Source: a virus (lineage: Duplodnaviria; Caudoviricetes). Taken from it: a DNA stretch of 59,778 bases. Positions within the stretch are counted from its first letter, which is position 1. Each line of letters starts with the position of its first letter. The stretch covers positions 1 to 59,778 of the IMG/VR virus record IMGVR_UViG_3300021197_001267; one strand, written 5' to 3'. This document shows positions 7,705 to 16,900 of the stretch, piece after piece. The notes under the pieces are model-generated. The model was given only the letters and a program-made list of their open reading frames with translations, was not told the origin of the DNA and ran no database searches. The translations under genes and the position numbers were made by a program.

Positions 7705-8187
7705 ATGCAGAGGAAGCCACGCAAGAACCTCACTAGACCGAAGAAGAAAAGTGCCAAGTCACGTAACCTTCGGAGGCACGGCATGCAACTTAAGTCCAAC
7801 CTTGAGACGTACTGTTACGACCAGCTCAAGGAAGTCGACGTTGACTTTGTCTACGAGGGAGAGACGTTTGTTATTCAGGACGGGTTTAGATATGCAGGTA
7901 TCTACTACAAGTCCACGAAAGCGAAGGACTACATGAGGAATGCTACTGGTAACGCAGTGCTAGAGGTCAAGTACACCCCAGACTTCGTGTCTCATAAGCA
8001 CAAGTTCATCATTGAGACCAAGGGTTACGTCCCATCACAACACACCTTCCCTCTTAGGTGGAAGATGTTCCTCAGGTATTTAGTGGAGAATGGAATGGAC
8101 GACTACATGTTGTTCATCCCTAAGAACAAGAAGCAAGTAGACGAAACCATCCAAACAATCTGTCGTGAAATTAAAAACTCTGAGTGA
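7705..8187 (+). CDS. T7 endonuclease I-like / DUF1064-like Holliday junction resolvase
   Basis: KSNLE, YE, YTPDF, IIETKG motifs. Confidence 0.75.
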   Translation: MQRKPRKNLTRPKKKSAKSRNLRRHGMQLKSNLETYCYDQLKEVDVDFVYEGETFVIQDGFRYAGIYYKSTKAKDYMRNATGNAVLEVKYTPDFVSHKHKFIIETKGYVPSQHTFPLRWKMFLRYLVENGMDDYMLFIPKNKKQVDETIQTICREIKNSE

Positions 8188-8380
8188 GATATACTTCTCC
8201 TCCACCTCCGCCATTCAAAGAGATGCCACCGAGCTGTACGAAGAGCTACACACTGAGCTAGGAGAGCCTCATACAAATTGGATTAGAGTTCTTGAGCTAG
8301 TCAAGGAATTCAAAACACGCATGGCTGTCGAACTCGACACCGTGACCACAGCGTGTGACGAATACAACGATACGCCATAA
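8165..8380 (+). CDS. hypothetical protein
   Basis: 71 aa, GTG start, coupled to neighbours. Confidence 0.55.
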   Translation: MKLKTLSEIYFSSTSAIQRDATELYEELHTELGEPHTNWIRVLELVKEFKTRMAVELDTVTTACDEYNDTP

Positions 8381-8922
8381 TGAGTAGCTTTCATAAGGCC
8401 AACAGAGCGGGCAAGGAAGGCGAGCTTATGTGGGAGGACCACCTCAAGAAGGAGGGGCACAAGGTGCTCCGCTCAGATGACGTTAGGGGTGATGTCAACC
8501 TATACTGGGACCTTGAGACAGACTCAGGCATTAGGTACGAAGTCAAGTATGATTTGAGTGCTTACGATTACTACCACAAAAGACCCGACCAAACCTGCCC
8601 CAATCTTTTTATTGAGTGCTGGAGCACGGTAAGGAATGAACCATCAGGGTTGTACTCAAGCCTCGGAGAGGCAGACATCTTCGTGTATATCATGAAGCGT
8701 ACCGACAAAGAGGGAAGACATCTTGGGAACTACGCATATTCTTTTTGGTTGGAGCCATTCCTTGTTTGGGTCGAGACTCAGGATAAGATGAAGGGGTTAA
8801 GAAAAGTCTCTTGTTCCAACAAGGGAGACAATAATGCAAAGGGGTGGCTCGTTGGAGAAGAACTGGTTAACGAAAACAAAATCCACAATGGATACATCAA
8901 CAAAATTGAACTCGGTAAGTGA
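8380..8922 (+). CDS. putative PD-(D/E)XK nuclease-fold protein
   Basis: GKEGE...WDL...YEVKYD...NLFIE...PSGL...ADIFVY pattern. Confidence 0.6.
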   Translation: MSSFHKANRAGKEGELMWEDHLKKEGHKVLRSDDVRGDVNLYWDLETDSGIRYEVKYDLSAYDYYHKRPDQTCPNLFIECWSTVRNEPSGLYSSLGEADIFVYIMKRTDKEGRHLGNYAYSFWLEPFLVWVETQDKMKGLRKVSCSNKGDNNAKGWLVGEELVNENKIHNGYINKIELGK

Positions 8923-9196
8923 CGTCTTCTTTGAGGCTATGAAGGCTGACCGTCAAGATAGAATCATGGAGAGTCTTGTGGCGGAAGAAGCTTTGCTTGC
9001 TGACGGATTCGAGGACGCACTGGTTGGGCACACGCAGGGTCCAAACCTAGTTGCCGTCTATGACTATGACATCTGCATTCAAGTTCTTATGGACAGAGAT
9101 GAGATGAGTTGCATGGACGCAGTTGAGTTCATGGACTTCAATGTCCTTGGTGCATACGTCGGAGAGAAAACACCAGTCTTCGTGTCATGCAGATAA
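8888..9196 (+). CDS. conserved phage hypothetical protein
   Basis: ADGFEDALVG...VAVYD...AVEFMDFNVLGAYVGEKTPVFV motif recalled from aquatic phages; start uncertain. Confidence 0.7.
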   Translation: MDTSTKLNSVSDVFFEAMKADRQDRIMESLVAEEALLADGFEDALVGHTQGPNLVAVYDYDICIQVLMDRDEMSCMDAVEFMDFNVLGAYVGEKTPVFVSCR

Positions 9197-9390
9197 GAGA
9201 CATCCCGTCCCCAGAAAAGAGAGCTCAAGTGCACGAGCTTCTCAGGTTGAATGCTGAATATCAGGCAGCCAATGTATGCGTCACTAATTCAGCAGCTCGG
9301 CAAAAAGAAATCAATGACCATTGTTACAGAGAGTTCATTGCCCCAATGAAGGACATCTGCACGGGGTTCTTCAAATCTATTTCAACGTAA
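9187..9390 (+). CDS. hypothetical protein
   Basis: 67 aa, last gene of the replication block. Confidence 0.55.
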   Translation: MQIRDIPSPEKRAQVHELLRLNAEYQAANVCVTNSAARQKEINDHCYREFIAPMKDICTGFFKSIST

Positions 9391-9444
9391 TGGATTATAT
9401 TTGAATCGTTACACAGGGATGGCGCTGTGGAACTTCGCTACTAG

Positions 9445-9482
9445 AGGGGGTTGAGCAATAGGCTCGCCCCCTTTTTGTTTTT
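9445..9482 (+). terminator. intrinsic terminator
   Basis: AGGGGG-TT-GAGC-AATAG-GCTC-G-CCCCCT followed by TTTTGTTTTT. Confidence 0.75.
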
Positions 9483-9511
9483 GTAACTTGCCATACTAAC
9501 CTAATCAACCA

Positions 9512-11398
9512 ATGAGACACTTCTTTCTGATGCTTTCCCTTGTGAGTCAGGTAGTTACGGCGCAAGAGTGCCTGGTACTGACCCCAGATGTTTTGCCCAT
9601 GGGCTACTCCAGGTTCGCTGTTGACCTAGAGTCGACGCCTGTCGAGACACTACCCGTGGTGTTCCATGTTGTGCACACTGGTCTTGGAGATGCGAACAAC
9701 ATCTCCGATGAGCAAATAGAATCGCAGGTGGATGTTCTTAATGAGACATTCCTTGATAGCAAGATTCAGTTCTGCATGGCGAGCCGCACCCCTGGGGGAG
9801 TGCCTACAAATGGCATCACAAGATTTGATGGGGGCGTATGGAGCAGCTACCTCGAAGATGGCGTAGCCCAGGGGAGCCCAAACGGTATTGAAGATGCAAC
9901 GCTGAAAGCTTCGGTCGGCTGTTGGAACCCTGATGAATACATCAACATATACGTGGTGTCTGAAATCAACGGTAACAACGGGGGTAGTGGTACTCAGGGG
10001 TACGCATACCTCGGCCCCACTGGTGACTGTAGGGACGGCATCGTGGCCCTGTACAATACAGTAGGCAACGTTGGAGAGCTTAAGCAAGGAAGGGACTTGG
10101 GATACACGGTTGTCCATGAGGTTGGCCACTACCTCAGTCTTTACCACACCTTCTACAACAGCAACGACTGCGAGGAGTCTAACTGTGAGACTCAGGGAGA
10201 CAGGGTGTGCGACACGCCACCTGGATTGGCTTCTAACGGGTGCTCCAATACCTGCCCTGATATCAACGGAAGCAACTACATGGACTACTCGTCACAGAAC
10301 TGCAAGATTGAGTTCACTGAGGGGCAGGCTTGTAGGATGCACGAGTCTTTACAGGGGCCAAGGTCTGCTCTGGTGGTGTCTCCTGCGTGCTTGCCTGTGG
10401 TTGCTTACGACATGACGCCATCCACAGCATACTATCAAGAGCAATGGTGCACTCCTTATCAAGACATCTGGGTGGAGGTGATTAACCAAGGGGTCCAGAC
10501 CATTCCCTTTGTCGACGTGACTCTGTATTGCAACGGTCTCGAATATCTGGAGACGCTCTTTGATGTGGCACCAGGAGGCTACTCGGTCTTCTTTGAGCAG
10601 GTTTACATCGAAGATGCACAGATGTTTGAAGTTCAAACGGCAAGCATTGATGACTACCCAGACAATGATTACGCATCGTGGCCGTTAGAGACTGTAGTGG
10701 GCGACCTATTCAAACTATACGCAGACATCGACACGTGGTCTAATGAGCACAGCTGGATGCTGTTGGATAGCAATGGTGATATCGTAATGGATGACGACTA
10801 TGGTTTCAACGAAGATGGTTTGTACTACTATGAGGCTTGTGTCTTTGACGATTGCTACACATTTGTTGCAGAGGACTACGCTGGCGATGGGTTCTGTACA
10901 GCGGACTTCGGGGAGGAGGGGTGCGACATTGGTAGTGATGGATACCTCGCCATGATAAATCAGGAAACCATTATCTCTATGCCATTTGGATTTGAGTTTG
11001 AGGAGTTCTCTCAAGACTTCTGTAACACCCTGCCAGCCTGTGAGTTAGACTACGACGGCAATGGTTCCATTGGAAACGGAGACATCTTGGTTATGCTCAG
11101 CGAGTGGGCTTGTGACTTTGCTTGTCAGACAGACCCTAACAACGACGGCATCGTAAACGTCCGAGACCTTTTGTACATGCTGTTTAACGTAGGTGAATGT
11201 GACATCGAGATAGAGGATGACTTCTCTGTTGGTACATACATCGACCTTGTGGCAGATGAGGGCATCAATCTGGGAGGTAGAAAGCCAAGAGTATTTGACA
11301 TTCTTGGCAGGGAAATTGATACTCCTTTTGAGCAGCTTGCAACGGGAGTGTATATTTTGAAGTGGAAGAACAAGACAAAGAAAGTATTCGTGCAATGA
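9512..11398 (+). CDS. secreted pappalysin-family (M43) zinc metalloprotease with dockerin-like Ca-binding repeats and T9SS type A C-terminal domain
   Basis: Signal peptide ending VTA|Q; LPVVFHVVH, ISDEQIESQVDVLN, YINIYVV, GYAY, HEVGHYLSLYHTF, GDRVCDTPP, Met-turn NYMDYS; DYDGNGSIGNGD/DPNNDGIVNVRDLL; terminal VFDILGREI...GVYILK...TKKVFVQ. Confidence 0.9.
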   Translation: MRHFFLMLSLVSQVVTAQECLVLTPDVLPMGYSRFAVDLESTPVETLPVVFHVVHTGLGDANNISDEQIESQVDVLNETFLDSKIQFCMASRTPGGVPTNGITRFDGGVWSSYLEDGVAQGSPNGIEDATLKASVGCWNPDEYINIYVVSEINGNNGGSGTQGYAYLGPTGDCRDGIVALYNTVGNVGELKQGRDLGYTVVHEVGHYLSLYHTFYNSNDCEESNCETQGDRVCDTPPGLASNGCSNTCPDINGSNYMDYSSQNCKIEFTEGQACRMHESLQGPRSALVVSPACLPVVAYDMTPSTAYYQEQWCTPYQDIWVEVINQGVQTIPFVDVTLYCNGLEYLETLFDVAPGGYSVFFEQVYIEDAQMFEVQTASIDDYPDNDYASWPLETVVGDLFKLYADIDTWSNEHSWMLLDSNGDIVMDDDYGFNEDGLYYYEACVFDDCYTFVAEDYAGDGFCTADFGEEGCDIGSDGYLAMINQETIISMPFGFEFEEFSQDFCNTLPACELDYDGNGSIGNGDILVMLSEWACDFACQTDPNNDGIVNVRDLLYMLFNVGECDIEIEDDFSVGTYIDLVADEGINLGGRKPRVFDILGREIDTPFEQLATGVYILKWKNKTKKVFVQ

Positions 11399-12396
11399 GA
11401 AAGCTAATTCCTTTTCTGATTCCACTGCTCAGCTTTGGGCAGTGTGACATGGAGATTGTTGGGTTCAACCCCATCTCTACTGACTTAACTATCGCAGTCA
11501 ACGGTGCGCAGTGTGGTGCACCAGCAGACAGCATCGGTGAATTTATCTTGGCCCTTACGTTCAACCCACCCCTAGACGATAATCCTTTCCCTTGTTTCTA
11601 CGATAACGGTTGGGCACTACTCAACTTCCCCTTGGACTTCCCTGGGTTTGAGATAGGTCAAGGTCCTGACAACATCTTACAGGCAGGTGATACCATCACC
11701 TTTAACCTACTTGATACACCATGGGCTGGCAGTGGGGCTGCTCCTTGTTGGATTGACATCTTTCAGAGCGGTTCCTACTACGAGGAATGCTTGGTCATGA
11801 ACGTGTTTCAAATAAATGACAGCGACAACATAACTGGAGAGCCAGGACTTGGAGGATTCCCGTACCCCGACGAAGACATCTTCAACAGCTGGATACAGTG
11901 GTCTCTGAATGGGGCCTGTGACCCACCACCCCCGCCCATTGTGTACGGATGCACTGACATGTTTGCATACAACTACAATGAGTTTGCAACACAGAGTGAT
12001 GGTGGATGTATCTATCAAGGATGCTTAGACCCAGACGCCTTGAACTACTGTGAAGAGTGCACGGTAGAGGGGGAGTGCCTGTACCTTCCTGAAGAAGGTG
12101 AGGACTGCAGCGACCCTCGTGTCTACACCCCAAATACCTTTACTCCTAACGGAGACACTCTTAACGACTACTGGAAGCCAGTGACTCGCAGTGAGTGCTG
12201 GTGGCGGTGGGAGTGCAGGGTCTACAACAGATGGGGTACGCTAGTGTGGGTTAGCTATGACCCTCAGGACAAGTGGCTTGGCAACAGGCTGGGTGCATTT
12301 GTACCTGATGGGGTGTACACCTGGACTATTAAAGCATCTACTTGGGAAAGCCAGAAGGTTATAGAGATGGCTGGAAACGTAACGGTCTTCCGTTAA
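11395..12396 (+). CDS. secreted protein with GCxDxxAxNY repeats and T9SS type B (gliding motility-associated, CHU_C) C-terminal domain
   Basis: Signal peptide ending SFG|Q; GCTDMFAYNY and GCLDPDALNY; PNTFTPNGDTLND, VYNRWG, PDGVYTW, GNVTVFR; ATGA-coupled to the protease. Confidence 0.88.
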   Translation: MRKLIPFLIPLLSFGQCDMEIVGFNPISTDLTIAVNGAQCGAPADSIGEFILALTFNPPLDDNPFPCFYDNGWALLNFPLDFPGFEIGQGPDNILQAGDTITFNLLDTPWAGSGAAPCWIDIFQSGSYYEECLVMNVFQINDSDNITGEPGLGGFPYPDEDIFNSWIQWSLNGACDPPPPPIVYGCTDMFAYNYNEFATQSDGGCIYQGCLDPDALNYCEECTVEGECLYLPEEGEDCSDPRVYTPNTFTPNGDTLNDYWKPVTRSECWWRWECRVYNRWGTLVWVSYDPQDKWLGNRLGAFVPDGVYTWTIKASTWESQKVIEMAGNVTVFR

Positions 12397-12701
12397 TCAC
12401 AGTCCTTTTGACGCAACTCGTCTACTAGAACCTTTAGCTGTTCCACATCCCTCTCTACGTGATTTAGTCTTAGGTTCTGCTCTGCATCGTCAGGCAAGCT
12501 GCCCATCTCCCCACGAGGCCACTTAATTCTAAACTCAGAGTTAAGGTCAATCTCTTGGTTGTGACGCATCGTGTCAATCTCTAGCTTGTTTAGAGCAGAC
12601 ATGATTGTGAAGTAAAGAGTAACAGCGGCCCCTACACCCACAACGATTTGCACCATCCACTTAATGTTGATGCCGAGGTTGGTGTTGTCGTCTATATTCA
12701 C
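12393..12701 (-). CDS. single-TM coiled-coil protein in the lysis region
   Basis: TM WMVQIVVGVGAAVTLYFTIM then coiled coil; stop overlaps the convergent + strand stop at TTAA 12393-12396. Confidence 0.65.
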   Translation of the reverse strand: MNIDDNTNLGINIKWMVQIVVGVGAAVTLYFTIMSALNKLEIDTMRHNQEIDLNSEFRIKWPRGEMGSLPDDAEQNLRLNHVERDVEQLKVLVDELRQKDCD

Positions 12702-12907
12702 TCCACCTTATTCTTAGCCAGAAGTAACTTGATTTCTTGAATGTCCTTGAGCAACTGCTTAACGTCAGCCTTGAACTCTGCGTTGTCCGCTTCGAGGGCG
12801 TGCACACGAGAGCTCAGTTTCGCATAGTCGTTTTGAAACTTTACCCAGCCCACAACTAGGGCACTAGCTACGGTGAGGAATTCAAAGTGGCTCAAGTTTT
12901 CTAACAT
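12698..12907 (-). CDS. small TM coiled-coil protein (holin/spanin-like accessory)
   Basis: N-terminal hydrophobic helix, coiled coil, lysis-gene context. Confidence 0.6.
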   Translation of the reverse strand: MLENLSHFEFLTVASALVVGWVKFQNDYAKLSSRVHALEADNAEFKADVKQLLKDIQEIKLLLAKNKVE

Positions 12908-12912
12908 ATCTC

Positions 12913-13044
12913 TTATCCGCTACAAGATTCACAGTCCTCTGGGCTGTCGACATTGCACGTGATAGTACCATCCTTGAGCTTCTGCTCCTGCTCTTGCAAC
13001 TTATCCTGGTCAAGGAAGTCACACCCAAATTCTTCTTCTCTCAT
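12913..13044 (-). CDS. 43 aa acidic microprotein with C-terminal CxxC (not in ORF track)
   Basis: MREEEFGCDFLDQDKLQEQEQKLKDGTITCNVDSPEDCESCSG*; ATGA overlap with the holin stop; fills the gap to the next gene. Confidence 0.7.
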   Translation of the reverse strand: MREEEFGCDFLDQDKLQEQEQKLKDGTITCNVDSPEDCESCSG

Positions 13045-13481
13045 TTTCTAGATTTCTCTATGGTTCTACCAGCAAAATATGCACCGAAAGAGGTTAGCAT
13101 AAGTATCTCTAACAAAGATACATAACTCGCTTTTACATTAAAGGGCAGATAATCAAGTGAGTCCGCTACCATAGTGCCCATAAACATCACCATCAAAGCA
13201 ATCAAAGTAACTGGCCTGATATACTTGGCCAGCTTTATGTCGCTACCCATGTCCGCCTTCCACCTCTCGGTTACGTTGTTTTGAAACTCTACCTCCGCAT
13301 CAATCTGTGCTTTGATTTCTTCTGCGCTCAGGTCAGGCTCTCTGTCAAGTAGGTTCTTAACTACCCCGAGTCCTCCGCTGTCGGGCAGCAGGTCTCCTAC
13401 TGTGTCAAGAACTCCTGGTGCGGCGGTCCTTAGCCACTGGCCTAGCCTTGTGTCCCTTATCTTTTTTTTCTTCTTCTCCAT
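13041..13481 (-). CDS. putative holin (GTA-3TM-like)
   Basis: VTERWKADM.SD...KYIRP plus two C-terminal TM segments ending YFAGRTIEK; follows the endolysin. Confidence 0.7.
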   Translation of the reverse strand: MEKKKKKIRDTRLGQWLRTAAPGVLDTVGDLLPDSGGLGVVKNLLDREPDLSAEEIKAQIDAEVEFQNNVTERWKADMGSDIKLAKYIRPVTLIALMVMFMGTMVADSLDYLPFNVKASYVSLLEILMLTSFGAYFAGRTIEKSRK

Positions 13482-13941
13482 CGTAATCAATGTATGTGAT
13501 AGTTACTTCCTCACCTTTGTCCAGAGCCTCTGCAATCCTTGGGTACACATCGAAGTAAGCTTGCGTGCTCCTGCCAATAAAGCCATTGCTGCTCTTGACA
13601 TTGGACTCCTGAGTTTCCCCAATGAGAAGGCAACCAGCAGTGTGCTCATCAGTATTCCCACAATGAATAAGTATGTACTCAAAAGAAGGTACGTCAAGAA
13701 CCCAGAGCATGCCTTTGTGAATATCCTGAAAACGATGGGCATACCTGCTGTGAAAGCCGCCCACTGTTCGTAGGCCAACTCGATACGTTCCAGAGGGGAC
13801 ACGAGTTTCGCCATCCACCTTTTCATTTCTTTCCTCATCTTCTAGTGTGTAACACAGGAACTTCCTGCCGTTTGTTGTGTCAAATAAAATGCCTGAGGTC
13901 GAGTCCTCTTGGCTACTGATTCTTAAAACTTCTAGTTTCAT
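13405..13941 (-). CDS. putative endolysin, DUF5675 family
   Basis: CYTLE, TRVPSGTY, ILIHCGNT..HTAGCLLIG. Confidence 0.75.
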   Translation of the reverse strand: MKLEVLRISSQEDSTSGILFDTTNGRKFLCYTLEDEERNEKVDGETRVPSGTYRVGLRTVGGFHSRYAHRFQDIHKGMLWVLDVPSFEYILIHCGNTDEHTAGCLLIGETQESNVKSSNGFIGRSTQAYFDVYPRIAEALDKGEEVTITYIDYDGEEEKKDKGHKARPVAKDRRTRSS

Positions 13942-16900
13942 TCTGTTAGATTGTAGTACATGCTCTCTTCAAGGGTGCCGCTACGCATGCCTGCCATGTA
14001 GATGTCCGCAAGGTTTTTGAACTCCTTGAACTCATCAGCAGACATAGCATTCTTTCTCTTGTTGATGATAGAGAAGTAATCCTTTGCGTCGCCAGCATTC
14101 ATAAAGATACTTCTGATATCTCTAATATGAGTCGAGTATCCATCCATCTTCCTCAAGCTAATTTCAATAGCCGCATCCTTAGCCCCCTTCTTAAATTTAG
14201 AAGCAGCCTTTTCTGCATCGTATGGTGAGTAGTTAAGTTGCTCTTGAAGGATGCGTTGGAATCCCTCTACCCCTGTATCCTCACCTAGAACTTGCATGAG
14301 TTCTTGGTTGTTGGATAGCATAGCCTTGGAAATCATTTCGTAACCAGCAAGCTCTTCTTCTGAGCGCAATGACCGCTCCCTCGGTAGGTCATCCATGCGG
14401 CGAGCGAGGATGTCAATCTCTTTGGATGAGAACCCAGACATCTGCCCCATCGCAAGCATGAACTTCATGGCAAAGAACATATCCATTTGCTCCTTATCCT
14501 CTGGCCTCACAAAGTATTCTCTGCCTGTAGAAGAGTAGACCTTGTTGCCATCTTCCATTAGGTTCTTCAGGGTGTTCCCTGCGTCGGTGACAAACTCCCC
14601 ATATGGCCCCATGCCCACCTTAAGCAAACCACTTGCAGACAACTCGGGGTTGCTGTTGTATGTGGGTATTGTTGCCGAGGTGTTCTTCCAGCGCTCATAC
14701 CTTTCATCATAACTCTCACCCTCCAAGAATCCTGGCACACCATCCATTCCTTCTGAAAGGGGGAATAGCATGTACTTGTTAGTCATCTCTTTTACCACGT
14801 CCTCCAAATAACCAATAGGAGGGAGTGGATTCATGTCTGCTAACACACTGCCAACGATATCCAACAGCTTACTGTCCTTGTACTTTGACTCCTCTTCATC
14901 GTCCTCTACAAATAGGGATGCGATAGCTGGGATTAAGACCTTACCGATAGCGTGGAATGCAGACAGCTCTGCAAGGTGTCCAGCCATAGCAATCGCACCC
15001 TCCCGTCTTGTCTTAGAGTCATCCCGCCTTCCTCGAAGGTCAAGCTTATTGAAGTCAGAGTAGATGCTTCGCTTCTTGTTTACAGCAAATCTTGCAAAAG
15101 GAAGGACAATGTTTCTGACGAAGTCGACTAAAGGCCCCATGGCCCCAGAGGTATCCTTGTAAATATCTGCTGCTTGGCGTGGCGTAGATGCCGCCTGGTC
15201 CTTAGTTACCATAGAGTCTGCATAGCTAAGCGCATCAAGGTCTGGTCGAGCTGCTTGCTCATCCCAGTTAATGTCGTCAAAGCTATCAGCCAGTCCCTCC
15301 GAGAGGAGGTAGTCTCCATAGAATGTAAACCACGACGCTACGGCAGCCACTTTGTCAGTAGACTTTAGGTTCTGTAGTGATAGGTCTTGAAGTTTGTCTC
15401 TTGTCCTAACAAACCAGCTAGTCTCTGTATCAATAGAACCAGTGTATGGGTCAATGTTTCCCGCTTCATAATCTCTAGAAAAAACTGGGGAGTTCTGAAG
15501 TAGCTTGTACCTTCCGTTTGCTTCAAGGGCAAGCTTAGAGTCAGTGAGCAATCCGTTCCTTAAAGCAAATGCGAAGAGCTCACCTACAGTTTGAATCATA
15601 TACGGGATAGACTGAACGGGATTCTTCGTGTTGGCCATCGTACTGATGAGCACGGTACTTTGCTTGAGTGTCTGAGTAAGTACACCGCCAAAGGCCTTCA
15701 CGATTACGGCGTTCTTAATTGTTTTAATAGGGTTTCTAAAAGTCTTACCCCCATACGTAAACCTAGCCTGAAAAACAGGAGGCGCACTTGCAGAATCTTG
15801 CGTGATGTAGTTCATCAACTTTGTGTGCAGCTGATTCTTTGTGCCGTCATCAGGAATGAGCTTGGCTAACTCCTCGCTTGAGAATACAGATTGAAGAGAC
15901 ATCACCTCACCCACAGTGTTTGATAGAATAGTATTTTCTCTGAGCGTTCGCTCGTTAATACTAGTAAAGTTGAGACCAAGGATATTCCCCGTGCCAGTAA
16001 TGCTCTTTGGGTTTCTCTCAAATGAGGAGCCTGCTGTTTTCTTAGCATTAGAAAGCGAGCTACTACGCATGCTGTCCATAATGGCCTGCCTCATCTGCAA
16101 TCCCTCATCAACAGCTTCGTTCTTTACCTTCACCTTAACGCTGAATGGCGTGTAGTTATTCTCTCTCGTGAGGTTCTTCCCGAGGTATCGCTCAACATAG
16201 TTCGCAAACGAATCTTCAAGCGTAGAGTGTACCCCAGCCATGAAGTCAACCATCTGAACAAGGTCAGGTCTTTCTGTCTGCACCTTGGCCAGTAGGTCTG
16301 GCAGGTTCTTCTCTGAGAACAGATACTCAAACGCTGCCTCCATCTCAGCTAAATCTTTGTCTGAGTAAATTTCACGCTGCTCCCTGTAGTGGTCGATACT
16401 GCGCCGCGTTGCATCTCTTAATGCGAGATACCACTCTGCCTCGTTTTGACCAGGTGCTCCCTCTTCAAGGACGGGCATCTGCCTAGCCATGGAGAACAGC
16501 TGCATAATAGCGTTATCCAATACTGTCTTGACACTCCCGCCCTCACCCTCAATACGGTCTATCTCCTCTGTTATGGCTTCGGCGGTCATGGCGTGAATCA
16601 TATCAGCCTTCGCAAAGGCTCTCTCCATGTCAGCAAATCCAATCAACCTTCGGATTTTTGAAATCGTTTTGTTGTCCGTCTTAAAGACCAACCTCAGGAA
16701 GGAGTCAGCTGTATCGAGTAGGGAAAGGATAGGCCTGCTCCCCGCACTTACACCCTTGTTAGTAAGCTGTTCTTCAATGCCCTTGGCCAACTCGATTCGA
16801 CCTCGCACGCGAGCAGCTAGATAACCCAGCCCCATGACTGAGTCGTTCATCAAGTAATCGTCAAGCTTAAACTCTAGGTTCGCTAGGTGAATCTTGTCAA

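Noticed and set aside
9512-12396. Host contamination as the explanation for the T9SS cargo genes
   Set aside because: The genes are tightly integrated (phage terminator upstream, stop codon overlapping a convergent lysis-region gene) and similar in style to their neighbours; considered unlikely, but read mapping is needed to exclude it.
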